Shown here: piece after piece, positions 29,952 through 39,537 of the stretch
How the letters are laid out: every line of letters begins with the position of its first letter
Position numbering within the stretch: position 1 is the first letter of the stretch
IMG/VR virus record: IMGVR_UViG_3300030118_002460
Coordinates: 22,332-86,331 of that record
Origin: a virus
Direction: 5' to 3' (one strand)
Length of the DNA: 64,000 nucleotides
Made by a program: the position numbers and the translations under genes
Notes under the pieces: generated by a model
Databases searched by the model: none
The model's input: only the letters and a program-made list of their open reading frames with translations
What the model was told of the DNA's origin: nothing

Positions 29952-31650
29952 GAAGATTAAATGGAAGAACCTTCTTTCCACAGGTAATCAATTCACAGAA
30001 GTAAAACTGAATACTAGTGCAACCTCACTGATTATTGGAACTAATGGTGCAGGTAAGAGCACTATTCTTGATGCACTTACATTTTCATTGTATGGAAAGT
30101 CTTTCAGAAAGATCAACAAGGCGCAATTGATCAACAGCACAAATGAGAAGAGTTGTCTGGTAGAGATTGAGTTTACTGTCAATAGTACCAAGTGGAAAGT
30201 AGAGAGGGGAATCAAACCAGCAGTATTCAAAATCTATAAAGATGATGAACCACTAGACCAATCACACTCTGCACTGGATCAGCAGAAGTGGTTGGAGCAG
30301 AATGTATTGAAGATGAACTACAAATCATTTACCCAGATTGTTATTCTGGGCAGTAGTTCTTTCATCCCTTTTATGCAACTCCCTTCAAATAGTAGAAGAG
30401 AGGTTGTAGAAGATTTGTTGGATATCAAGATATTCTCCTCTATGAATGATATTGTGAAGAGTAGAATTCGTCAGATCAAGGATGAGATCAAGACACTTGA
30501 CTTGAAAAAGGAATCACTCAAAGATAAAGTCTCAATGCAGAAGGATTTCATTGAGAAGATTGAGAACAAGAGCAAGGGTGACATCAAAGAAAAAGAGGAG
30601 AAGATTGAAAGTCTTCTGAATCAAGAATGCGGCAAGATGAATGATAATGAAAACTTGAATTTGAGTCTGGTTGAATTGCAGAATGAACTCAAAGACTACT
30701 CCAACTCCACAGAGAGGTTGAGAGAGATGGGAAATATCAAAGGTAAACTATCTCAGAAGATTGCAGGTATTGTGAAGGAGCACAAGTTCTTCACTGACAA
30801 TAGGGTTTGCCCCACCTGTGAACAGAATATTGAAGAGTCCTTTCGTGTAAATAGAATTGAGGACTCCCAAAATAAAGCACAAGAATTGCAAGAGGGGTAT
30901 AAGAAACTCCAAGAGGCAATTAAAGAGGAAGAGTTGAGGGAGTCCATTTTTAAGCAAACCTCAGGGGAAATCAGTAAAGTACTTAATGACATTTCTACAA
31001 ACAATACTCAGATATCTGGGTTTCAGAAACAGATCAGAGGACTGGAATCTGAAATTCAAACTATTACCAGTCAGATCGCAAACAGAAATACTGAACATGA
31101 GAAGTTAGAAGAGTATAGAGAAAGTCTTCAAGATACATACAAGTTACTTGCTGATAAGAAAGAGAATATTTCCTACTACGACTTCACTTATAATCTTCTC
31201 AAAGATGGTGGAGTAAAATCTCAAATCATTAAGAAGTATCTTCCCTTGATTAACCAGCAGGTTAATAAGTATCTGCAAATGATGGACTTCTACATCAACT
31301 TTAAACTTGATGAAGAATTTAATGAAACTATTGAAACACCCATTCATGAAGACTTTTCATATTCCTCATTTTCAGAGGGTGAAAAAATGAGAATAGATCT
31401 ATCCCTCCTCTTCACTTGGAGGGAGATCGCAAGAATGAAAAACTCTGTCAATACTAACCTATTGGTTATGGATGAGGTGTTTGATTCATCTCTTGATGGA
31501 ATGGGAACAGATGAGTTCTTGAAGATCATCAAATATGTGATCAAAGATGCTAATATCTTTGTGATATCTCACAAGACTGGGATGGAAGACAAGTTTGATA
31601 GTCTTCTTAAATTTGAAAAAGTAAAAGGATTCTCTACACTGACACCATGA
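29938..31650 (+). CDS. gp46: Recombination ATPase gp46 (Rad50-like)
   Basis: GTNGAGKST, CPTC zinc hook, FSEGEK, LVMDEVFD, VISH. Confidence 0.97.
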   Translation: MIIFEKIKWKNLLSTGNQFTEVKLNTSATSLIIGTNGAGKSTILDALTFSLYGKSFRKINKAQLINSTNEKSCLVEIEFTVNSTKWKVERGIKPAVFKIYKDDEPLDQSHSALDQQKWLEQNVLKMNYKSFTQIVILGSSSFIPFMQLPSNSRREVVEDLLDIKIFSSMNDIVKSRIRQIKDEIKTLDLKKESLKDKVSMQKDFIEKIENKSKGDIKEKEEKIESLLNQECGKMNDNENLNLSLVELQNELKDYSNSTERLREMGNIKGKLSQKIAGIVKEHKFFTDNRVCPTCEQNIEESFRVNRIEDSQNKAQELQEGYKKLQEAIKEEELRESIFKQTSGEISKVLNDISTNNTQISGFQKQIRGLESEIQTITSQIANRNTEHEKLEEYRESLQDTYKLLADKKENISYYDFTYNLLKDGGVKSQIIKKYLPLINQQVNKYLQMMDFYINFKLDEEFNETIETPIHEDFSYSSFSEGEKMRIDLSLLFTWREIARMKNSVNTNLLVMDEVFDSSLDGMGTDEFLKIIKYVIKDANIFVISHKTGMEDKFDSLLKFEKVKGFSTLTP

Positions 31651-31802
31651 CTGATTGGACCATTCGCAGACCAGTTGACATCTCAAAGGATTTCAAGGAT
31701 ACTGGTATGACCCTCATCACTGACCCTGCATCAGACAGGTATCTCAATGAATACGCCAAACTGGCAACACCACAGCAAGAAAGCACAGAAGAGGAAACTT
31801 AA
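31647..31802 (+). CDS. Small hypothetical protein (51 aa; not in ORF track)
   Basis: ATGA overlap with the gp46 stop; MTDWTIRRPVDISKDFKDTGMTLITDPASDRYL...EEET*. Confidence 0.5.
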   Translation: MTDWTIRRPVDISKDFKDTGMTLITDPASDRYLNEYAKLATPQQESTEEET

Positions 31803-31896
31803 ACCTCAAGCCCTTAGGGCAAGAAAGGAAGCACTGCGCCACTTCAAGAAGAGGCACATGGGTCGCCCCAAGGGTGACCCTTTTGTTTTATTATGA
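31747..31896 (+). CDS. Small highly basic protein (49 aa; not in ORF track)
   Basis: MNTPNWQHHSKKAQKRKLKPQALRARKEALRHFKKRHMGRPKGDPFVLL*. Confidence 0.55.
   Translation: MNTPNWQHHSKKAQKRKLKPQALRARKEALRHFKKRHMGRPKGDPFVLL
31860..31889 (+). terminator. Terminator-like hairpin
   Basis: GGGTCGCCC-CAA-GGGTGACCC followed by TTTTGTTTT. Confidence 0.65.
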
Positions 31897-31917
31897 GTTC
31901 ATCAAAGCAAAGGACCC

Positions 31918-34023
31918 ATGCCAGTCAATTATGAAATCAAGTCCCAGCTTGCAAAGTTGCTGGCCACTGAGGACATTATTGTGGAGAACAGGGAAGTTCA
32001 AACTGCACAGTTCAATGTTGATACTCGTGTCCTGACTCTTCCCATGTGGAAGCGTGCAAGTAATAGTGTATATGATATGTTGGTTGGGCATGAGGTGGGT
32101 CATGCTCTCTACACTCCTAATGAAGATCCCCCATCACACATTCCCCATGGTTACATCAATGTGACAGAGGATGCACGCATTGAGAAACTGATGAAGCGTC
32201 GCTATCCTGGTCTGCATAAAAGTTTCTATGCTGGATACAAAGAACTTTCTGAACAGGACTTTTTCTGTATTGAAGATTCTAATGTTGAAGAGATGACTCT
32301 TGCTGATCGTGTCAATCTGTATTTCAAGATTGGCAACTTCATTGATGTCTCTTTCAATGATGAGGAGATTGAGATCAGAGATATGATTGCTGATGCAGAG
32401 ACATTTGCAGATGCAGTTCTTGCAGCAGAGGTTCTCCACAACTATTGTAGAAGTGCTCAACCACCAGAGAAAGTTGGTGATCTTCCTAACCTCAATGACC
32501 AGGAAGGTTCAGGCACTGGACAATCTGTTGATACACCACAACAGCAACAGCAAGAATCAGAGGAAGGTGAGGAAGATGGTGATGAGGGTCAGGCAGGAGA
32601 TGAGATAGAGGAAGAAGAACAGGAAGAACCTGACACATATTCAGATGGTGGTTCCAATAAAGCTCCTGATGTCACCACTGATGATATCTTCAATGAGCGT
32701 ACCCAAGAATTCAATGGACAGGATATGGGTCAGGAAATTGGATACTATGATCTCCCTATCATTGATCTTGACAACACCATCATCAGCAATGAGAGTGTTC
32801 ACAAAGACCTGAATGAAGCATGGGAGAGAGAACTCACACCCCTTGAAGATGCCTATGGCAACAAGCATGTTGGTGATTTTACCTATGCTGATCTGAAATA
32901 CCAGAACTTCAAGAAGTCAGCACAACGTGAAGTCAACTATCTTGTGAAGGAGTTTGAGTGTAAGAAGTCTGCTGATGCCTATGCACGTGCTGCTACCTCA
33001 AAGACTGGTGTTCTTGATTGCAGCAAACTGCACACCTACAAGTACAATGAGGATCTGTTCAAGAAGGTTACTATCCTCCCTGATGGTAAGAATCATGGTC
33101 TGATCTTTATGCTTGACTGGTCAGGTTCTATGGCACATGAGATTGTTGACACTGTGAAGCAAGTTTACAATCTTGTTTGGTTCTGCTCCAAGGTCAACAT
33201 TCCCTTTGATCTTTATGCCTTCACTAATTCCTATCACTCCTGTGTACGCAAGCAACTTACAGAAGAGGATGATGGTAGATTCCTTGTCCATGACTTCAAT
33301 CTCCTCAACCTTCTGACCTCTGGTCACAACAGAAAGACTCTTGATGAGCAGATGAAGTCTGTATGGCGTCTTGTTTATGCAATGAGATACTATGTCAACT
33401 ATCATGTTCCTCCTGGTTATGGTCTTTCTGGAACACCTCTCAATCAATCTATTGCTTGTCTCTATGAATTGATTCCTCAGTTCAAGGCAAAGCATGGTCT
33501 TCAAAAGGTTCAGTGTGTAATCCTGACTGATGGTGAAGCAAATGTTCTTCCTATTGTTCGTAGAAGGGACTGGGTTGATGATACTGGTTATTACAGTTGC
33601 TATCCTGCTGCAATCAACAGTTATCTTCGTAATAGGAAGAATGGATGCACTTATCAAATCCAATATGATTACTACAAGTTCACTGATATTCTCCTCACTG
33701 ACTTGAAGAGAACATTCCCTGATACAAACTTCATTGGATTCAGATTGGTTGATGGTCGCTCTATGAAGCACTTTGTCAACAAGTATGAGATTGTTACAGA
33801 TAAAGAGATCAAAGTTATGAAGAAGGACAAGTTCTTTGCAATCAAGAACTCTGGTTACACATCATACTTTGCTATGACTACCTCTGCTTTGAACTCAGAG
33901 ACTGGTCTGGATGTTGATGAAGGTGCTACCAAGGCAAAGATCAAAGCAGCATTTGCTAAGAATCTTAAAGCAAAGGCACTAAATAAAAAAGTTCTCAGTC
34001 AGTTCATGGATCTGGTCTGCTGA
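31918..34023 (+). CDS. HExxH metallopeptidase-like + VWA domain protein (CobT-like partner of the AAA ATPase)
   Basis: HEVGH and NVTEDARIE at the N-terminus, acidic linker, MIDAS DWSGS...GTP...LTDGE. Confidence 0.88.
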   Translation: MPVNYEIKSQLAKLLATEDIIVENREVQTAQFNVDTRVLTLPMWKRASNSVYDMLVGHEVGHALYTPNEDPPSHIPHGYINVTEDARIEKLMKRRYPGLHKSFYAGYKELSEQDFFCIEDSNVEEMTLADRVNLYFKIGNFIDVSFNDEEIEIRDMIADAETFADAVLAAEVLHNYCRSAQPPEKVGDLPNLNDQEGSGTGQSVDTPQQQQQESEEGEEDGDEGQAGDEIEEEEQEEPDTYSDGGSNKAPDVTTDDIFNERTQEFNGQDMGQEIGYYDLPIIDLDNTIISNESVHKDLNEAWERELTPLEDAYGNKHVGDFTYADLKYQNFKKSAQREVNYLVKEFECKKSADAYARAATSKTGVLDCSKLHTYKYNEDLFKKVTILPDGKNHGLIFMLDWSGSMAHEIVDTVKQVYNLVWFCSKVNIPFDLYAFTNSYHSCVRKQLTEEDDGRFLVHDFNLLNLLTSGHNRKTLDEQMKSVWRLVYAMRYYVNYHVPPGYGLSGTPLNQSIACLYELIPQFKAKHGLQKVQCVILTDGEANVLPIVRRRDWVDDTGYYSCYPAAINSYLRNRKNGCTYQIQYDYYKFTDILLTDLKRTFPDTNFIGFRLVDGRSMKHFVNKYEIVTDKEIKVMKKDKFFAIKNSGYTSYFAMTTSALNSETGLDVDEGATKAKIKAAFAKNLKAKALNKKVLSQFMDLVC

Positions 34024-34078
34024 CCAGTTCTGAAACTGTCACCAGGGGATCCAAAAGGGGTCCCCTTTCCTTTATAAT
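34022..34078 (+). promoter_or_regulatory. Putative cyanophage early promoter element
   Basis: GACCAGTT-CTGA-AACTGTCAC inverted motif, GC-rich hairpin, then TATAAT at 34073-34078. Confidence 0.6.
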
Positions 34079-34102
34079 AAACCTGTTGAACAAACAAACC
34101 AA

Positions 34103-35200
34103 ATGGCACTCTCTACTGAATTCATTGTTTCCTCTCTTCAATCCCTTTATGGTGATAATGTAACTACTGGTGATGTTCGTGCCTGGTGTGCTCTGAATGG
34201 TACTACCTATCAGACTGTCTCAAAGAAGATTGATCAATATAAGACTGGTCGTGGCAAGTGGGATCTGACTGAGAAAGAAACCCTTGAGCAAACCTATCAA
34301 GCACCTGCTGCTCTCCCTGCTCTGGAACAAAACCTTATCCCTAGTAAAGATGATACCTTCGTCAGCTTTGGCAACTTCACTGATATTAAAAAGATTATTA
34401 AGTCCCGTCTTTTCTATCCTACATTTATTACAGGACTTTCTGGCAATGGCAAAACGTTCTGTGTTGAGCAAGCTTGTGCTTCTCTCAAGAGGGAACTGAT
34501 CCGTGTCAACATCACGATTGAGACTGATGAGGATGATCTTATTGGTGGCTTTCGTCTTATTAATGGTGAAACTGTCTGGCACAATGGACCAGTCATTGAG
34601 GCTCTTGAAAGGGGAGCTGTTCTTCTTCTAGATGAGGTTGACCTTGCATCAAACAAGATCCTCTGCCTGCAATCTATTCTGGAAGGCAAAGGTCTGTTCT
34701 TGAAGAAGATTGGCAAGTACATTCAACCTGCTGATGGTTTCACTATCATTGCTACTGCCAACACCAAGGGCAAAGGTTCTGATGATGGACGCTTCATTGG
34801 CACCAATGTTCTGAATGAGGCATTCCTGGAACGCTTCTGTGTGACCTTTGAGCAGTCCTATCCTGCTCCTGCTACTGAGCAGAAGATCCTTGAAGGCATT
34901 TCTCTGGACCTTGATGTTGTAGACCGTGCCTTCTGCAAGCACCTGGTTGACTGGGCAGACATTATTCGCAAGACCTTCTATGATGGTGGTATTGAGGAAG
35001 TAATCAGCACTCGTCGCCTGGTTCACATCATTCGTGCTTACAGCATCTTTGGTGACAAGGAGAAAGCAATTCAGGTCTGCATCAATCGCTTTGATGATGA
35101 GACCAAAGCATCCTTCCTGGAACTGTATGACAAGGTTGATGCTGATTTCCAACTGACCACTGAGGATTCAGTTGACGTTGCCACAGCAGCACCTTTCTGA
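34103..35200 (+). CDS. cobS: MoxR/CobS-like AAA+ ATPase
   Basis: GLSGNGKT, LLLDEVD, ATANTKG, NEAFLERF, ISTRRL; standard cyanophage 'cobS'. Confidence 0.9.
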   Translation: MALSTEFIVSSLQSLYGDNVTTGDVRAWCALNGTTYQTVSKKIDQYKTGRGKWDLTEKETLEQTYQAPAALPALEQNLIPSKDDTFVSFGNFTDIKKIIKSRLFYPTFITGLSGNGKTFCVEQACASLKRELIRVNITIETDEDDLIGGFRLINGETVWHNGPVIEALERGAVLLLDEVDLASNKILCLQSILEGKGLFLKKIGKYIQPADGFTIIATANTKGKGSDDGRFIGTNVLNEAFLERFCVTFEQSYPAPATEQKILEGISLDLDVVDRAFCKHLVDWADIIRKTFYDGGIEEVISTRRLVHIIRAYSIFGDKEKAIQVCINRFDDETKASFLELYDKVDADFQLTTEDSVDVATAAPF

Positions 35201-35206
35201 TATAAT
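35178..35206 (+). promoter_or_regulatory. Sigma70-type promoter
   Basis: TTGCCA-17nt-TATAAT with extended -10 TG; GGAGG RBS follows. Confidence 0.75.
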
Positions 35207-35220
35207 ATTGGAGGATTATT

Positions 35221-35652
35221 ATGACTGAATATATGTCTAATGGAGATGTGACACTGAGTGACTATCAAGACTTCTGGGGCACCACTGATGTAATCACAGG
35301 TGCCTTGGGTGCAGACTCTATCAGTCTGACTATTCCTGACCTTGATGAATCAATCACAGTGACAAATAAGTACAAATATGATGAGGAAGCTATCCTCAAA
35401 GAACTGACTGAATACATTGCTGGCACATACAAACAGCATTATTCAGCAGGAACAGATAAGATTCAAACACTGGATCTTATTGATGCTTGTGGTGATGGTG
35501 AAGCATTTTGTAGATCCAACATTCTCAAGTATGCCTCTCGTTATGATAAGAAGGGCACAGCAAGAAGGGACATTCTGAAGATTTTGCATTATGCAGTTCT
35601 TCTGCTACACTTTAATGATAAGTCCACAAAACGTGAAACCTACCCTCAATGA
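35221..35652 (+). CDS. DUF3310-like phage protein
   Basis: HY....IQTLDLI..FCRSNILKYASRY.KKG...DILK..HY pattern. Confidence 0.7.
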   Translation: MTEYMSNGDVTLSDYQDFWGTTDVITGALGADSISLTIPDLDESITVTNKYKYDEEAILKELTEYIAGTYKQHYSAGTDKIQTLDLIDACGDGEAFCRSNILKYASRYDKKGTARRDILKILHYAVLLLHFNDKSTKRETYPQ

Positions 35653-36320
35653 ATATGAAACTCTCTGAAACAACTGTAAACCTTCTCAAGAACTTCTCTT
35701 CTATCAATCAGTCCATTCTTTTCAAAGAGGGTAGCAAACTCAGGTCAATCTCTGTGATGAAGAACATCCTGGTTGAAGCAAATGTAAGTGAAGACTTCCC
35801 TAAGGACTTTGGTATCTATGATCTGAACCAGTTCCTTAATGGTCTCTCTCTGCATCAGAGTGCAGATCTAGACTTTACTAATGATCAGTATGTGGTTATC
35901 AAAGAAGGTAAGATGCGCTCCAAGTATTTCTTTGCTGATCCTACAGTCATTGTTGCACCCCCTGAGAAAGATATCTCACTGCCCACAGAGGATGTATGTT
36001 TTGTCTTGACCAGTCAGCAACTGGAGAAACTGAAGAAAGCAGCATCTGTCTATCAACTCCCTGATATCTCTGCTATTGGTGAAAATGGTGTAGTCAAATT
36101 GGTTGCACGTGACAAGAAGAATGACACCTCTAATGACTTCTCCATCATTGTTGGTGAGACTGATGCTGAGTTTGTTTTCAACTTCAAAGAAGAGAACTTG
36201 AAGATTGTCCCTGGAACATATGATGTAGTTGTTTCTCAGAAACTGCTGTCACGTTTTACAAATCAGAATGTTGATGTGACTTATTTCATTGCACTTGAAC
36301 CTGATTCAACTTTTGGGTGA
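35649..36320 (+). CDS. gp45: Sliding clamp gp45
   Basis: MKLSETTVNLLKNFSSINQSI, FGIYDLNQFL, YFIALEPDS. Confidence 0.97.
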   Translation: MNMKLSETTVNLLKNFSSINQSILFKEGSKLRSISVMKNILVEANVSEDFPKDFGIYDLNQFLNGLSLHQSADLDFTNDQYVVIKEGKMRSKYFFADPTVIVAPPEKDISLPTEDVCFVLTSQQLEKLKKAASVYQLPDISAIGENGVVKLVARDKKNDTSNDFSIIVGETDAEFVFNFKEENLKIVPGTYDVVVSQKLLSRFTNQNVDVTYFIALEPDSTFG

Positions 36321-36775
36321 TGAGAGACTGGGAAACTCTATACAACAACCTCTCTGACTCTGAGAAAGACAAGATTGCCATTCTCAGAGTTATGGAGTGT
36401 GCTAATGGTGTAATTCAACATGCATACAGAGATAAGTCTGACTTTGCCTTCCCTATTGAAGAAACAAGAAGGTCAATGAAGTTCAGTATGTCATGCATGA
36501 AAAGAATGGAAATTCCTCTCAAAGAGGAAACTATCACCTTTGAACCAGAGACACAAGAGTTAATGCGTGAAGCAAGAAGACTTTATGTCAGTGGATTCAA
36601 GAAAGATAATCCTGATGACCTTGAAGAGTTTATGGAGGTATCAAGGGCATCAGCAAAAGCATGTGGTCTGATGAGACTAACAAAGGCAAGACAGATCTTG
36701 GAAGATAATGTTGACGCCATTCCCACCAGTGCCCTAAACTGGGGTCTAGCATACCTAATGCAATTCTTAGTATGA
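36320..36775 (+). CDS. Hypothetical alpha-helical protein
   Basis: Coupled ORF after gp45; no recognised motif. Confidence 0.65.
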   Translation: MRDWETLYNNLSDSEKDKIAILRVMECANGVIQHAYRDKSDFAFPIEETRRSMKFSMSCMKRMEIPLKEETITFEPETQELMREARRLYVSGFKKDNPDDLEEFMEVSRASAKACGLMRLTKARQILEDNVDAIPTSALNWGLAYLMQFLV

Positions 36776-37302
36776 ACATCTTTGTCACTGATCCTAGTCC
36801 TTGGAAGAGTGCTAGGGTCCTGCCTGACAAGCATATTGTCAAGATGCCCTTAGAGACCTGTCAGATGCTCTCTATTGTCTGCTCTGAGAAGTGGGGTCAT
36901 GGGTTTGGGACTCTGCCTAGGCAGGATGGACAACCCTACAAGACCACCACAGGTGCTTTCAGAAACCATCCCTGCACAGTCTGGGCAAACTCTTTTGTGA
37001 TGAACTGGCAGTGGTTATTGCAACATGGTCTTGCCTTATGCTCTGAGTACAGAGATAGGTACAATAAAGAACATACCTGCTATCATACTCTCCTAGAAGC
37101 AAAGAGAATTCTACCCACTGGTGATCCCACAGGAAGGTCTGGTAAAGGTCCAACACCCTTTGTTTTTGCAGGACCAGATGAGTTCAAGTATGACAAAAGC
37201 ATAGATATTTTTACTGCATACAAGAGATATATTGCATCCAAACCATGGGTATCAGACAATTATCTACGCATTCCTGATCGTAAACCAGAATGGATTCAAT
37301 GA
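36772..37302 (+). CDS. Pyrimidine-dimer DNA glycosylase (DenV/PDG family)-like protein
   Basis: MNIFVT...DKHIVKMPLE.CQMLS, NHPCTVW, LC.EY..RY.K.H, AYKRY. Confidence 0.8.
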   Translation: MNIFVTDPSPWKSARVLPDKHIVKMPLETCQMLSIVCSEKWGHGFGTLPRQDGQPYKTTTGAFRNHPCTVWANSFVMNWQWLLQHGLALCSEYRDRYNKEHTCYHTLLEAKRILPTGDPTGRSGKGPTPFVFAGPDEFKYDKSIDIFTAYKRYIASKPWVSDNYLRIPDRKPEWIQ

Positions 37303-37634
37303 GACACATACTATTCACTCTTAAAGGTTGTCCATTTGGTCTACTGGATGATGAGGCACATGTTCGTGTTGTTCTGACAAATGCTGCAACACTATCTGAA
37401 AGTCAATTGTTAAACATTGCCTCTCATAAATTTAACCCACAAGGTGTGACTGCTGTTGCTCTTCTTGCTGAGAGTCACATTAGCATTCATACCTGGCCAG
37501 AGGAGGGTATGGCAGTGTGTGATGTATTCACATGTGGTGAACATACTAATCCAAGATGTGGTGCTGCATACATGTATGAAGCAATGGGTGCCACTGACAT
37601 TGTATCTGAAATCTTTACAAGACCTCTTTCATGA
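37299..37634 (+). CDS. speD: S-adenosylmethionine decarboxylase proenzyme
   Basis: HKF.PQGVT, LAESHISIHTWPE (pyruvoyl self-cleavage E|S), DVFTCG. Confidence 0.93.
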   Translation: MRHILFTLKGCPFGLLDDEAHVRVVLTNAATLSESQLLNIASHKFNPQGVTAVALLAESHISIHTWPEEGMAVCDVFTCGEHTNPRCGAAYMYEAMGATDIVSEIFTRPLS

Positions 37635-38209
37635 ATAAACTAATAGTAACACTGATTGCATCTTTTCTATTTGCAAGTCCAACATTAGCAGGAGGACCAG
37701 TTACACGTGAAGTCAGAGAACTTAGAATCAGAGAAAACTATCCTGAAGAAGTAAAAAATATCCTGACTCAACTGAATGACTTGGAGGTTGATGTTTACCT
37801 TGCCCCTGATAAGCAGTTCCCCAAACAATATCGTGGGTTGTATTATCCAGATAAAAATATGATTTACTTGAATAATAAGTATGTCAATAATGATGAAGAG
37901 TTGTTGAAAATTTTGAGACATGAGGGATGGCATGTGGCACAAGACTGTATGTCTACACTGGCAAACTCAACTCTACTCAATGTATTAGATCACCACATTA
38001 TCCCAATTGAGATAAAGGAAGAAACCATAGAGAGATATGGTCTTGATCCATATGTTGTTCGTATTGAGAGAGAAGCAGTCTGGGCATCAACTATTCCTGG
38101 AATGACTGCAACTGCCCTGTCTGTGTGTAACTCAGAATTTCCAATGTGGGAGGAGTATGATCCTCCATCAAGAACAAGAAGTTGGCTTTACATCAATGGT
38201 TATCTCTGA
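37631..38209 (+). CDS. Putative exported zincin-like metallopeptidase
   Basis: Signal peptide MNKLIVTLIASFLFASPTLA; GLY....IYL; LRHEGWH; downstream EREA. Confidence 0.7.
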   Translation: MNKLIVTLIASFLFASPTLAGGPVTREVRELRIRENYPEEVKNILTQLNDLEVDVYLAPDKQFPKQYRGLYYPDKNMIYLNNKYVNNDEELLKILRHEGWHVAQDCMSTLANSTLLNVLDHHIIPIEIKEETIERYGLDPYVVRIEREAVWASTIPGMTATALSVCNSEFPMWEEYDPPSRTRSWLYINGYL

Positions 38210-38375
38210 CGTCCCACCTGAAATACTTGATTTCTGTGACAAGTTCACTTATGATACTGAAAGAGATACCCTCAAGTATCTGGACTGTGTTTACATGAAT
38301 ATGGGTCTTTATGGGAATGACCCAAAACAACTCCAAGAGATGAGACAAAACATTATTATCCCTGTATTTGATTGA
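38196..38375 (+). CDS. Hypothetical protein
   Basis: MVISDVPPEILDFCD...; fills the gap to gp44. Confidence 0.55.
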   Translation: MVISDVPPEILDFCDKFTYDTERDTLKYLDCVYMNMGLYGNDPKQLQEMRQNIIIPVFD

Positions 38376-38377
38376 TT

Positions 38378-39325
38378 ATGAGTCGTGATGAGTTTATTTG
38401 GGTAGAGAAATATCGCCCAAAGACAATTGAAGATTGTATCCTGCCAGAGGGTACAAAGAAAACATTCAAAGATTTCCTGGAGAGAGGTGAAGTTCCAAAC
38501 TTGCTTCTATCTGGACCTCCAGGTTGTGGTAAAACCACAGTAGCAAAGGCACTGTGTCAAGAACTTGGTGCTGACTACTATGTAATTAATGGCTCTGATG
38601 AGGGTCGTTTCCTAGACACTGTACGTAATAATGCCAAGAACTTCGCTTCAACTGTATCGCTATCTTCTTCTGCCAAACACAAAGTCATCATTATTGATGA
38701 GGCAGATAACACAACCCCTGATGTACAACTCTGTCTTAGGGCATTTACAGAGGAGTTTATTGGTAACTGCAGATTTATCTTTACCTGCAACTACAAGAAC
38801 AAAATCATCGCACCACTTCATTCCCGTTGCAGTGTGGTTGAGTTCTCAATCAAAGGTAGAGACAGACAAGAACTTGCAGCAAAGTTCTTCAAACGCCTCC
38901 AAGAAATCTTGGGTGCAGAAGGTGTTGAATATGATAACAAGGTCCTGGTAGAACTTATCCAGAAACACTTCCCTGATTGGAGACGTGTCCTCAATGAGTT
39001 GCAGAGATACTCAGTCAGTGGTAAAATTGATTCTGGTATTCTGGCAACATTCAGTAATGTAAAGACAGATGATCTCTTTAAAACGCTCAAAGAAAAGGAC
39101 TACCCGCAAGTTCGCAAGTGGGTTGTTGATAACTTGGACAATGATCCTGCTGTACTTCTTAGGAGCATCTATGATGCTCTTTACACACACTTGGCTGGTC
39201 CTGGGATTGCTGCTGCTGTCCTCATTATTGCTAAGTATCAGTACCAGTCGTCATTTGTGGCGGACCAGGAAATAAACATGCTTGCATGTCTAACAGAAAT
39301 TATGGTGGAATGTGAATTCAAATGA
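38378..39325 (+). CDS. gp44: Clamp loader ATPase gp44
   Basis: WVEKYRP, GPPGCGKTT, IIDEAD, LHSRC, FPDWRR. Confidence 0.97.
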   Translation: MSRDEFIWVEKYRPKTIEDCILPEGTKKTFKDFLERGEVPNLLLSGPPGCGKTTVAKALCQELGADYYVINGSDEGRFLDTVRNNAKNFASTVSLSSSAKHKVIIIDEADNTTPDVQLCLRAFTEEFIGNCRFIFTCNYKNKIIAPLHSRCSVVEFSIKGRDRQELAAKFFKRLQEILGAEGVEYDNKVLVELIQKHFPDWRRVLNELQRYSVSGKIDSGILATFSNVKTDDLFKTLKEKDYPQVRKWVVDNLDNDPAVLLRSIYDALYTHLAGPGIAAAVLIIAKYQYQSSFVADQEINMLACLTEIMVECEFK

Positions 39326-39537
39326 CCTCTGAAATGTATAGTAGTAAAACAGGTCTCTATACTATCAGATTTAAATCTGATATAATTCATGAGGGTATTG
39401 AACACACAGAGTGTTCTGAACTTATGAATTATTATAGGGACAGATATGAATCTATGAAGGATACTGGATGGCCACTTGAACCTGAACACTTACATGTAGA
39501 AGAGTTCTCTGGTAAATTTGTATTGAAGAAAAAATGA
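39322..39537 (+). CDS. Hypothetical protein
   Basis: ATGA coupling on both sides. Confidence 0.6.
   Translation: MTSEMYSSKTGLYTIRFKSDIIHEGIEHTECSELMNYYRDRYESMKDTGWPLEPEHLHVEEFSGKFVLKKK

Noticed and set aside
31675-31703. TTGACA-17-GATACT promoter after gp46
   Set aside because: The -10 lacks the conserved first T; too weak to call.
34103-35200. Cobalamin biosynthesis auxiliary gene
   Set aside because: Only a generic MoxR-type AAA+ signature; no other cob genes in the window. The name cobS is kept by convention only.
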